A DNA stretch of 64,000 nucleotides, from positions 4,652,001 to 4,716,000 of the forward strand of contig NC_087438.1 of NCBI RefSeq assembly GCF_036321535.1, written 5' to 3'. The position numbers were made by a program, and so were the translations under genes. This DNA comes from Camelus dromedarius. Taxonomy: Eukaryota. Below are positions 36,229 to 48,063 of this stretch, one piece after another. How positions within the stretch are numbered: the first letter of the stretch is position 1; each line of letters starts with the position of its first letter. Below the pieces are notes generated by a model, which saw only the letters and a program-made list of their open reading frames with translations, was not told where the DNA came from and ran no database searches.

Positions 36229-36720
36229 AGGTTTGCTATTGCCACAATAATGTTTCTTAATAAAATGTCACAGAACATAGTGACCTGCAAGGACGGCCAT
36301 TTGTTCTTAGGCTCACGTGTCTGCAGGTCAGCTGTGGACCGGCGGTTTCACTCTGGGCTTGGCTGGGCACCCCAGGCTGCAAGTGAGCAGGGCTTGCCCT
36401 TAGGCTGTGGTTGGGGTTCACGTCCACTCTCTGTGGGGCAAAGGAGAAATGGCCACTTGGTGACCATTCTTCCTGTAGAGGATAACTAGCATCTGAGAGG
36501 GTGTGTGGGGACTGAGATGTCTCTGGAGGCTGCGGTCTGGAACTAGCGTGCTATCACTTCTGTTCACCTTCTTGTGGCTTTAAAAAGTCACATTGTGGAG
36601 TCCAACATCCTTGCAGCAGGAGCAGATACTCTGCCCACCCTGGTGGGCAGTATGCCAAGTCCCAGGGAACAGGCAGGGACGCAGGACTCAGATACAGAGA
36701 GGACATGAAGAGCTGCAAAT
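36229..36720 (-). mobile_element. MLT1G/I-like MaLR LTR
   Basis: 'tattgccacaataatg', 'gctcacgtgtctgcaggtcagctg', 'tcacttctg..cac..aagtcaca..ccaacatc'. Confidence 0.7.
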
Positions 36721-36849
36721 GGTGGTAGCACCCGAGGCTTGGGAGAACTCTGTCTTATCCAGATCCGTTGCTCCCTGGTCTCAGAATTCCTTCCCCACAC
36801 TGCGGCCCGCTCCACCAGACCTGCCCCCTGGCCAGGCCGTCTGCTCTCC

Positions 36850-37200
36850 CACTGCCGTGCTTTAGACATGTCCTTTCTTCTGCACGGGAAGACGTCCCCT
36901 CTGCTCCCCCTGGAGTGCTCCCCTGGCCTCCGTAGCCCCAGCGCTGCTGTCTCTACCTCCAAAAGCGTCCTTACCTTCCAGGCTAGGTTAGGTCCTCACA
37001 GCCAGCATTTCCATCACACCAGTTTCACCACTCTCTGCACACATTTTCTGTCAGGGAGAAGCATTTTATTCTTCTTATTTTGCCTCTTCCAGCAGGTTCT
37101 AAGCTCCTTTAGTTCAGGATGTTTATTCTCAGCTTCTTGTATAGAACCAAGTCTGTTTTGTATGCTCAATAAATATTTGTTGAATAAATGAATGGATGAG
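36850..37200 (+). mobile_element. L2 3' end
   Basis: Canonical tail 'tgctcaataaatatttgttgaataaatgaatgga'. Confidence 0.85.
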
Positions 37201-38124
37201 TGTGCAGACGTCTGCTTCTGAGCACCATTTCATTACATTGTTCATCTTATGAAATCCTACATTATACAGTCATACTTTAAAACAGGTTTAAAAAATCGCA
37301 CACACACTGGAAGACATTTACAGAACAGTAATTTTTCTCTACCCATTTTTTGTGAACAGACTTGCTTCCTTTAGTAGCCAAGCTAATTTAGAGAAGAATA
37401 TTGTCTTTGTCCTTGCATTTTGGATCAATTTGATTTACTTTCTTTCAACAACATCTATATTGGGTGGTGATTACACAGCAGCCTTGTTTTTCTTGGATTT
37501 TGCCTTGGGCACAAAGAAACTATATTTCACCTTTAAACAATGAGCTCAAAATAGATTTTTTATTGCAATACCCAGATTAATTCAGATATCACCCAATTTT
37601 GACTTGGTGTACTTCAGAGCCTGAGTGTGGGTTATTTTATTACTCTGGAAAGTGAAGTGAGTAAATGGTTTCTTGATCTAATCTTAGCTAGTTCTGAGTC
37701 ACATAAACTCTGATCGATCAAACTCTGAAGTTTGTTTATGCCCACAGGAGACTCGAGGAATGTAAAATTAGAAAAATGCTACAACAAACATGTGGACTTT
37801 GACCACAAATCTAAGCAACATTAGCAATTTATTAATTCGTGTAAAACTAGAAATTAAAATTTGCATTTGTCAGATATAAAAGAGCTACATTATATTCCAG
37901 CCAGTGTTTTCCCTTACACTTTGTTCATTCAACCACAGTTCTGCAGTATTGACTTTCTGTTAGGCACAAAGATCAAATCCTACGATAAGTCCTTTCTCAT
38001 ACGTCCTTACTGGGATGCCCCGTGGATTCCCACACGGTGAGCTCTCCCTCACTGCAGTGAGTAAGAAACACAACTTGTTTAGCTAGAGGTGTGTCCCTGC
38101 TCACCCTGGCTGGAGGATGTTGAC

Positions 38125-38607
38125 AGCACTTAACAGGAACCCCCAAATAATAGTGCTTTAAACCAAAAGGGTTTGTTTTCTCGGGAGAAGCTGGGTGTGG
38201 GCGAGTCCAGGCTGGTGTGACAGTGTCTGTGTGTCATCAGGTCCAGTCTTCTCCTGATTGGCCACTTTCAGCACGTGGCTTCTATCACTGCATGCAACTC
38301 ATGATTCAAGAAGCTGCTGGAGCTCCAGCCATCATGTCTGCATCCTATGCAGCAGGAATGGAAGTAGAGAGAAGAGAAAAAAATGGTGCCCTTCCTACTT
38401 GCGTAAACCCCTTTTAAGAAGACTTCCTAGTGTCTTCCACACAATTTCACATGCTTCGATGACTGCAATTTAGTACACCTTGTTGCAAGGGCAGATAAGA
38501 AATGTCTTTTAGCTGGGCACACTGCTTCCTTACACAGAGTCAGGATCCTGTTACCAAGTGACAAGGAAGAAAGAGACCTTAGGGGGAGAACAACCATCTC
38601 TGCCACA
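38125..38607 (-). mobile_element. MLT1J-like MaLR solo LTR
   Basis: 'gctgctggagctccagccatcatgtc.gcat', 'ttttagctgggcacactgc', ends 'tctctgccaca'. Confidence 0.8.
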
Positions 38608-39179
38608 AAGTGTTTCTTCTTTGTTGTCAGATCACCTGTCTGATTAAAACTGTACGCGGCTTCCAAATTCTCCTGTGGATTCGATGCCCGTAGTTCATAA
38701 ACGTGTGCTTTGGACTCGCCCTGTATCAGCAGCCTTGGGTCAGAACTGCCTTTCTTGCCTCAGCTCTCTCACACTTGCTGCCTGTGGTGGAGCAACTGCC
38801 CTGCATGTCTTCGGCTCTGCACTCAGCCCTCATTGTCCAGGGCCCTGCCAAGCCCTCAGGCCGGACGGCCAGCTGTTCACCTAGCAAACGAAGCTCCCAT
38901 GGGGCGGGAGCTGGCTGAGCACTTGGAGTAGTGTGGAGAAAGCAACGTTCTTGCTCCTGTGACACCTTTCTTCTGCAAACACACAAAGACATCGCTGTTT
39001 CTTGTGCCGACAGGGACGGATCTGGAGGACAAGAGAGGCTGGGGCCACCCAGGACCCACAGGGCTGGGATGGACCCTCAGCAAGAGCAGATGGGCTAGTG
39101 ATTGGTGTTGAGCTGCAATATCGTCAGACCCACGTCTGGACCCCACATGCCTTCTCCCCCCTTTTCTTGTTCGTTCTGA

Positions 39180-39540
39180 ACAAGGCAAGAGAAATCAAGG
39201 GCACTAGAATGAGGGTGAAACTGAGGATAATGTGTCCTTGGAAAGGCTGTAGAGAAAGTGATGTTTGAATGGGGAACTGAGGGATGGGAAGGAGTGAGCT
39301 GTGGCTGGGAAGAGTGTTCCAGCCAGAATGTATAGCTGTGCAAAGGCCCTGAGGTCAGCACTTGATTGACATTCAGAGAACAGGAAGGAGGCCATGTGGT
39401 TGGAATAGAGAGTTCAAGAGTGTAGGTGGTGGGAGATGAGGTCTGGAGGTGATGGGGCTAGATCACACAGGGCCTCAGGGCTGGTAAAAGGACTTCAAGT
39501 GAGACGGGGGGCTTTGGGCTATGGGGACATGATCTCATTG
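39180..39540 (-). mobile_element. L2 fragment
   Basis: 'gggaagagtgttccag.caga..gtgcaaaggccctgagg', 'gatcacacagggcct'. Confidence 0.8.
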
Positions 39541-41487
39541 TCTCTCTTGTGGTGTCTTTGTTTAGCAGAGTTCCTGCTTGACAGAAATGTTTGGTAAGGC
39601 CTGTATGAAATTTTGAGATTGGTTTACATTTTTTGAGTTATTGACAAAGAATGGATTTGGTTATTCCAGAATGGAATACTTTTGGGTGAAAAGATTTTCT
39701 TTTTCTTTATTCAGACTTTGAACGTCTGAGATCATCCTCATCACCATAGTGTGCCACCTGGAGGGCTGGCCCCAAGTGACAAGCCACAAGGAGAGACCAC
39801 GTGTTTCCGTGTGTTCACATGTGTTCACACGGAGAACAGCAGGACTGAGCACTGTGCTTTCAGAGGTGGGTGACTGTTACGGAGCCATGCTTTTCCTAGT
39901 CTCTCTTCTTTGCTTTTGGGTTTTTCTCCTCTATTCAGATCACCCCACTTTCCTCCAAAAAGATAAAGATGGAGAAGAAAGCGAGACTAGTAGTGTGGAG
40001 TGGAGAACATAACAGCGCGCTTCTCCCAACACGACCCAGTCCCATCCGGGCTTTGCTCCAGAACACCTGAGACCAAGTCCTCACCCATTCTCGAGCCCAG
40101 CAGGCCTTTTCAGGCTCCTGTAAGTGAGAGATGTAGCTGAAAGCTGGGGGTTTGGGGAGGGGTCTAATCTTTCGGGCCCAAGGGGCTTGGTGGTACAGGG
40201 AGAGGCAGGCGGTCCCGGCCAGGATGCAGCCCCTGCGGGGAGGGGCGGCCGAGTTTGCAGACAGAGGAGGACTCCGGTCTCTGGCCCAGATGAGCCACGC
40301 AGAGAGCCACTGAGCGGCCGGTCGCTCAGTGTGGTCCTGGGTCCATTAAGGTTGAGAAATAGCGACTAGTGTGGAGGAAAAGTAGAGCAATAGCCAGGGC
40401 GTTGATCATGATGCAAATGAGGAAGCTCAAAAGGAAAGCCTCTCTCCTGAGTGTCTCAGACGACCCCACCCCTTCACTACCTGCCCTCCCAGGGCCAGGG
40501 AGAGTGACAGCTCGTTGGCAGACACCTGAGGGCCACGCGTGGTGGAATAAAAACGTCCCGCATGAAAGGGAGCAAATGAGCGGCCCGGGACGTGTGTTCT
40601 GACGGTTCAGCGGCCGTGGTGCCTCGGACCTGAATTCCCGAGTCAGGTGCATCACGGACGTTGCCTGATCTAGGGGTTTGAGACCTTTCTGAAGAGAACG
40701 TCTGTAGAGAAGGGAGGGGTTTGAGGCCACATCTGGTTTGAAGGGGGACACACTGGGCCACATCCCTCTGACTCCACCCTTGTCCCAGCTTCTGACTCAG
40801 AACAACCACACCACATGTATGCGATACACGTGCATTAAATTTTAAATTCTGCTTTTAAAATTTTATATCCACACCGTAACTTTCTAATGAAGATTGGAAA
40901 CAACTATTTGTCAAAATGGACTTTGTTTTCAGGAAGGTATTATTCTTGATGCTGACAGAGACAGGAATTGTTCCACTGAAGGAGTCTGTCACATACCACG
41001 CATACCGCTTTGTCAGTGTCCCCAGGGGTTCTCTCCTGGATGCTGCTGACAGCTGCTTCTGGCAGGACAGTTGGGGGCTATATGCTGGAATCTCCACACT
41101 CACTGGGGCCAGAGGGGAGAAGGGAGCTGTCGGCATGTTTCCAGCTGGCACAGGAGCCTTAGTGCTAAGGAGGTGAGCAGTTCACGCCTCAGCGAGGAAC
41201 CCCAGACAAACGCATCCTGGGCTGTTGTCCCTGCGGCTTTAACATCTTTAAGGAGATGCAGAAACCGTGAGGGGCTGACCTCTGCTCAGAGCTTTGGTGA
41301 TGGTTTTTGTAGTTTTGAATTCCATTAAACGCTGGAATGAAAATTCTTCTTTTTGTCCTGAAAATGTAGACAAGGTGATATGCTTTATCTGGATCTGAGG
41401 AAATGTACCAGATTTAAGTTGTATGTGCATTGAAAGGCAGCCTGCATATAGTATATGAGTGTGCATATATGTAACCTTTATGTAGAT

Positions 41488-41826
41488 TGTATTAACTGTC
41501 TATGCTGTGTGATAAGTTACCACAAACTTAGGGGCTTCAAACAAAACCCCATTATTTCTCACAGTTCCTCAGCTCAGAAGTCTGGGCAGGCTTGGCTGGG
41601 TTCTCTGCTCAGAGTCTTATGGGCTGAAATCACGGAATTGGCCCAGTGAGACTCTTATCTGGGGCCTCGGGGGAAGACGATGTTTCCAGGCTCCCTCAGG
41701 TGTTGGCTGAATTCAGCTCCTTGCAGCTGTAAGACTGAAGTCCTGACTCCTTGCTCGATGTCGGCCAGGGGTTGCTGTCCGCTCCTGGGCTCCCCTTGGT
41801 TGCTCTGTGGGCCTTGCATGTGGCCC
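41488..41826 (-). mobile_element. MLT1D/E-like MaLR LTR, partial
   Basis: 'tgtattaact..ttaccacaaacttag.ggctt.aaacaa', 'gaattcagctccttgcagctgtaagactga.gtcc'. Confidence 0.85.
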
Positions 41827-42350
41827 TGTTTTGAGATATAGGGCATTAACAGAAAGTCTGAGGTTCAGTAAGGCCAGCAGATGAGGAGGTACTTGCCACT
41901 GGGCTCCAGACTGCCAGGCTCAGTTCCCCTCTGTATGCTTTCCCATCCTGGACCCATGTTTCTCCCACAGTGGGAGACGGGACGGTGGAGCTGTGCCAAG
42001 CAAGGATGAGGTGGCGTCTGAAGCAGCCACTTGCTGTTTACATCCCATCAAAGCAGCTCGTGTGTCCAGACCCAACGTCTAGGAGAGGGGCGAGGGGATG
42101 AATATTCGATGAATAACAATAGAGTATGCCAGGCCAAAGATAAAGCTGCTGCCAGACCGTGTTTAGTGACACTTCCTTGCCGACTTGAGCCCTGATATGA
42201 TTCATCCCAGGGAACGGGAAGCTGGCAGGGATGGCTGTGTAAGCAAGGCTTTCAAAAGCCCTCCCTGACTTCATTACCAAGGAAAACCTTCCACGATCTG
42301 TCTCTCACCAGCTCTCAGCATCTTCCAGCTTCTCCTGACTTACCTCTCTT

Positions 42351-42511
42351 CAGGACCAACTATAGAATTTGCAAGGCCTGATGCAAAATTAAGATGCAGG
42401 GCCATGTGTGAAAAAATGAGGAATGTCAAGATGATAACGGCAGAGCATTAAACCAAGTACGGGGTCCTTCTAAGTGCCAGGCTCAGACGTATGTCCGGGA
42501 AGCCAGCCCTG
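42351..42511 (-). mobile_element. MER45A-like hAT-Tip100 DNA transposon
   Basis: Imperfect inverted termini 'caggaccaact'/'agccagccctg'; internal 'gcagagcattaaaccaag', 'tgcaaaat.aa.atgc.gggcc'. Confidence 0.85.
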
Positions 42512-43554
42512 GTCCCACCCTGTGTCCCTGGTCCTCTGATCTCAGCCCACAAACTTCCTGCACTTCCGTGTCCCATTTCCCTTCTGTGTAACGCCACCTC
42601 CTATCTCCTGTGTCTTTCTTGGCCAGCTTCTGTTCTAGAGTCAAAATCCATTTCTAAACCAGTTCTTTAGGCTTCCTGAAGACTCTGTTCCAATTTCTAG
42701 CAGTGTACTTACCTTTTCATGTTTAGACTACAAGATTGTTAAGTGAATGAATAGACAAATGAATGAATAATGGGCTCTGAAGAGTCAAGTCCAACGAAAT
42801 AAACCACAAGAAGCCTTGTCCGCAGCAGTTCACCTGCGCGAGAATGCAGTCCTTTCCCAGAATCAAAGGACGCTTCTGCGTTCCGCTCTCGGGGAAAGGG
42901 GACGGAGCCTTTCAGTTCTGATGTGCTACAGGCGTTCAGGTCATTGACTCATCCGTGCCCTGCCCCACGGCAGAAATGATCTGAAGGCACAGGGTACAAA
43001 AATAATTTACTTATAACCTTGGAAAAGTAAGTGACAATATTTACTTAAATTTTTTCCCTGGGTCTTTATTTCCAAAAGATTTGAGACTGTTGCTAAGAAA
43101 AGATAAATGAAGCTGAACACAAAGTTCAAGATCACACAGCAGGAAGCCGAAGGTAAGGCTATTACCAGCACCAGGTCATAGAGTTTCTACTTTGAACCTT
43201 AGATTTGACTTGGAGTTTCTCAGCAGCAAAAGCAAAGACAGGGAAGGCACTGCTTCATAGATTTCTATTTGTCAGATCAAGTTCAGACTGGCACAGACAC
43301 AGACGGACGCAGGGTTCCAGGTCTGGCCTGGACAGTCCACACCTCTCCGCGAGCATCCCAGGGAAGGGTGAGCACCTCGCGCAGGGCTTGGCAAAGGGAC
43401 CCTTTTCCTCCTCGATGCTTCAGCCCCGACTACTAATCAGAGTTCCCCAGAGCTGTCCGGCGCGGTGGTGGGTGCCCTCCACCCAGGCCAGGTGGGCACC
43501 ACCGCCCAGAGCCACGCAAAGAGGAGGGTCTGTGACCAGCCTTCCGACTGAGGA

Positions 43555-43985
43555 CCCACGCCTGAGCCGAAGGCTCCTGGCTTCCGGTGGGGGAGACAGA
43601 CAGCCTGGGGACCGAGCAGGAGAGAGCGCGCCTGAGCCCGGCAGGCAGGACTGCAGCGCCCAGCGCGCTCTTCCCCTCTTCCCGCAGGCGCCCTGGGAGC
43701 TCGCCTGGCCCGCCTCGTCCTGAGTTTCAGGGAAGCGGGGCGCGGGGGGAGGGGAGGGGAGGGGAGGGGAGGGGCGGGCCCGGGAGGGGCGCTGTTTGCA
43801 TTTTAGTTAATAAAAGCCGAGAGTGTGCTCCTGAACCGGAGCCTGCGAGCCTCCCTCCACTCTCAGGAGACGAGCTAATGTCCCCGGCTGGGCCAGTTTC
43901 CCCATCAGCGCGAGGCCAGTGAGAGGAGCGGGGGCGGGCCCAGCGCACCCCTCCGTCTCTCTCACGTCCCCCCCTGACGGACACA
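43555..43985. promoter_or_regulatory. Small CpG island / GC-box element with a (GGGGA)n G-quadruplex motif
   Basis: CpG-rich; GGGCGG boxes near 43772 and 43932; G-runs at 43729-43789; AT core TGTTTGCATTTTAGTTAATAAAAG. Confidence 0.65.
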
Positions 43986-44056
43986 GGGGACTTTCTCAGC
44001 AGCTGGAAGGGGGCTAATTTAGTAGCTCAGAGGGGAGAAGTTCTGAGATGTTAATT

Positions 44057-44215
44057 TTTTAAAATTTATTTTTAAATTTTAACTTTATCTTGAAGGGGGT
44101 AGGAAACTAGGTTTATTTATGTATTTATTTATTTTTTAATGGAGGTGCTGGGGATTGAACCCAGGACCTCGTGCATGCTAAGCACACACTCTGCCACTGA
44201 GCTGCACCCTCCCCC
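44057..44215 (-). mobile_element. Camelid-type tRNA-derived SINE with an 11-bp TSD
   Basis: Minus strand GGGGGAGGGTGCAGCTCAGTGGCAGAG..GGTTCAATCCCCAGCACCTCC; AGATGTTAATT at 44046-44056 and 44216-44226. Confidence 0.92.
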
Positions 44216-46005
44216 AGATGTTAATTGAAGGGCACCCAAGGGCTTAGATGTCAGAAGCTAAGTTAAGGGTGTTTTCATTGTTGCGTAAATTGACAGATAC
44301 ATTCCCCCCCCCCCCCCAGTGGAGGGTCAGTTCACTGGAGATCCTGGGTGGGCAGCTCTGCAGGTGCCCGCGGGCAAAGTGGGGTCTCCAGGCAAGTCGC
44401 CCAAAGAAGGTAGATGACTATGTTCATGTTATGTACACCAAGGACAGGTGAGTGCTTTCCCCTCCCACACAGAGAATGATCTAGAACAAAGCTGAGTCAC
44501 TTATCCACACTTTGGAATAGCTCTGAGGTGAACAATCCAACATTTTTGACATAAGCAAAACAGAATAAACAAATGAAAAAAAAATCTCAGCAGGCACTTT
44601 TGAAATAGTAAGTATATGAGAACTTTCTGCTGGAACACAATTGAAAATAGTTCGTATGTAATATAACAAAACAAACAGCAATATCATACAACATATAATG
44701 TGTAACGCATTATATACAACATGTATTGTAACATGACCTGGTATTATAATACATAATGTAATATTAAAAGATAAACACCTTTAGGAGACAAAGCCCTGGT
44801 GGATTTGAAGGACCCGGAGTGCCCTGCGGAAGGTTCGAGAGCCTGTGGGCAGGCAGGGTCTGCTGCTGTAACATCCGTGCGGCCAGGCAGCACAGGGCGG
44901 AGGTGCACTGCACTTCAAGGTCAGGAATCTCCCTCCCGTCCCACTTCCCCACGGACCGGCCCGGTGGCCTTGAGCAAATGCCATAACTGTGCCGCATTGT
45001 TGCTGTGGGTGAAGTGGGCACGATAACATCACCGACCCAGCAGACCCACGGGCAGATCCAGTGAGTGACTCACAGGAACCCCGTAGACCCGGGCCTGGTC
45101 CATGGTCAGCCCCTGTGAACTTAGCCACCCAAGCTACAGTCAAACCAGGCCTGGGAATGTGTACACACAGGACTCATTAAAAACACGTCTCTGCTTTGTA
45201 ACCTTGCAGCTAGAAATCCGTTATTGCATTTGGGTTTTGCGATGGCTTGAAGTAAGCATGATCTGACTTACTGTAACTGAACTGGGTAAACTGTTGTAGA
45301 GGGAAATTATCTCTGCATATGGATGGACAGTTGGAGAGGATGGTTATATATGCGTATTTAGGAAGACATGTCCCAGGTCCCTTTCAAGAGAATCAAGGTA
45401 AAAAAAGTCAGGAAATAAAATACTGAGTGTTGGCACGACTGCTTTTAGAGCTTAGGAGTGATCACGGAACGCAGCAAGCGCAAGGTGCCAGCAGGCCTGT
45501 TTACCGGTGATGTTTCTGTCCGACGCCAAGGGTCGTGTGGTTATTTTGGGGTTAGAGAGTAAGTTATCAATTGAGCTGGAAATAAAATCCAATGCAGTTT
45601 AATAGGCTCAAGTCTTGCGGCTGTTGATTTTCTTCCTTTAATTTGTTTTTACAAAAAAAGTGCTATATGCAGCTGGCTTTATAGCCATCTGTTTGGGGCA
45701 GTTTTTCTGCAGAGATGCTAGTTAAGCAGAAAAAAGATTTGTCATCTCAAGGAATGCTGACAACTCATGGTTCTCACGGGAGTAAAATCTGGTTAGAAAA
45801 CTATCTTTCTTTAATTGCTGTTTATTTAATGTCTCATTTATTCTCTTTTTGATGTGCAAACAGAATGTTTGCACATTATTCTCAAAAACGATGCCCACCT
45901 TTCTCAGAAGGAGGCAACTCATTTCCAGTTTTAATGTTTTAATTCTTGCAAGCTTTCTCAATTTGGTCAATAGTCCATTGTATTGCTATGGGTTATCTTA
46001 GAAAA

Positions 46006-46360
46006 CCTTTTTATTGTGGTTATATATATATATAAAATCATATTATATATAATTTATACTATATAGATACATAAAATTTATCTATTGTATATAATTTTGT
46101 TGTTTAATTTTATACTATGTGTACATATAATTTATGTCTTATACAATATATATTATGTATAATTTTATTTTTTACATGATTTTATATCAATGTATATACT
46201 TTGTCTTATATAATACATATTGTATATGTAATGTTACTGTGGTTGTGTGTATTATATACACACAGTTGCCACTGCGACCATTTTTAATTGTGTGTTGCAG
46301 TGGCAGACGTTCTGGTCACGACGTTGTGCAGCCATCACCACTGTCTATTTCTGAAACGTT
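46006..46360 (-). mobile_element. L1MA/MB 3' terminus with an internal (TA)-rich expansion (~46020-46260)
   Basis: 'tttttattgtggt', AT tract, then 'accatttttaa.tgt..cagtggca..cgttgtgcagccatcaccact.tctattt'. Confidence 0.75.
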
Positions 46361-47859
46361 ACCGCTCCAGCTGTGGCCGGAACTTGCACTGGGAGGAGCT
46401 CTCCGTGATTCGGTGCACGGGGCCTCCTCTGAGTGTTTTCAGTGGACAGTTACCACCCAAGAGCAGAAGAGGAGGCATTTGTCCCGAGACAGGAGAGCAA
46501 CAGAGGTCAGAGATGGACAAGACAGGGTGGCCTGAGCCAGGCCCCTGGACCCGAGTCCTTTCAGCGGGGCTCTGAGCCCTCGTGTAAACTAGTGGATTCC
46601 TCTGTTAACTTTTCAGAAAACCAAGCCAGCTTTCCAAGCTGCAATAACCTTTCTTCCGTCTCCTGTGCCTGCTCTCGCCCATGACCACCCAACAAATAAA
46701 TGAAACACAGCTTTTCTTTGTAGGTTTGGCCGCTGGGAACGGAAGAGCCAAGTGGCCGTGAACGTCACCCCAGCTGCACCCTGCAAAGGCCCCCCGTCCC
46801 TTCAGGAGCCCGTGGGGTTGCGGGGGGCCGCCTTCCTGGCTCTGCACGTCGCCTTCGTGGGGCCGGAGGAGGCGAGGCAGGGATGTCGCTCTTTAAGGCC
46901 CCTTGTTTGCTTTTCACCCAAATGTGGTTAAATAATAACCCATCCAACCTCCGAAGCCCGAGAAGTTTCTAACAGAGATTGCAGGAGACCATCTGCCTTT
47001 TATTTTATCAGTAAACAAACACATTAAAAGCGTACTTTCATTTCAGGCCTACGGAATTTGAAATGAACACTGAATAATTTGAAGTCTAAGTCATTTTCAA
47101 GCCATTATCCTTCTTCGGCCTACTTAGAGTCATGAAAAAGTGAAAACAAGGCTTCGGTGGCTGCTGGACACCCTGGATGCTCAGCTTCGTCAAGTTCACT
47201 TGATGCAGTTGAGGGTGGGGTGGAGGAGCCGCGACTCGGTGGGACCAGCCTCCCCTTAAACCTCGTGTTTCTGCGTCCAAACCAGTCCCCGGGGCTGTTT
47301 TACAACCTCACACTTTCTGTAGCTTGGGGAGTATCTGGAGGACGCGGCCTCAGGCCTCACCAGTTCCCCAGACTAACCGGCCTACGAAGGCAGGAGGCGT
47401 GTAAGGACAGCGGGTAACAGGCACCCTCCGCCTTGGTGCCTCAGCTGCGGTCGCGATGGTCTGTGAGGACCCCCCGTCCTGAGCCTCCACAAGCATGACC
47501 CCCAGGAGGGGGCCCTGTGAGTGGCCTGTTTTGAGGTCAGGAAAGTGGGAGCTGGGGTGGCAGCTTCTCCAAAGCCACAGCCAGCGAACAGCAGGCGAGC
47601 GCCTCCTGAAGTCCATCGTCCGCATCTCAAGCTGGTCACCGCTTCTCTGTCTCTGATGGAAGCGCGCTGGGTAAGGGAGCAGACGGTAGATTCGCAAAGG
47701 GATCTTCACGTCAGAGTTTTATCCTGTCTCATTCGGGGAATCTTTATTTCTTCCAGACCAGTTCCAAATGGTCTACATCACCCCACTCCCCGCAAGGTTC
47801 CCTTGTCTGCAAAGGAGCTGGTCCCCCAAAACTAGGTCTGTCCTCCTCACAAACAAGGA

Positions 47860-48063
47860 CGTTCCCTCCGCTCCAAGTTCCCACGTCCACGTCACGCCAG
47901 GTTCTCTCCTGCAGAAACTGACACAGTCACGCTGCATTACAGGCATTTCAGTGTGTCTCTGCCCCCTCGGGGAGGGTCACAGAGTTTGTGGTTGTATCTC
48001 CAGTGGGTGACACAGGGCCTGAAACGTGCCATGTGTTCTTAAACACTGAATTGAACTGAATTG
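47860..48063 (+). mobile_element. L2 3' fragment
   Basis: 'tgtatctccagtg..gacacagggcctg..aaacactgaattgaactgaattg'. Confidence 0.6.

Noticed and set aside
41104..41135. Collagen-like GARGEKGAVG
   Set aside because: Only about three Gly-X-Y triplets; consistent with chance in G-rich sequence
43021..43078. Perfect donor GTAAGT at 43027 paired with the acceptor at 43078
   Set aside because: The implied 52-nt intron is shorter than typical mammalian minimum intron size
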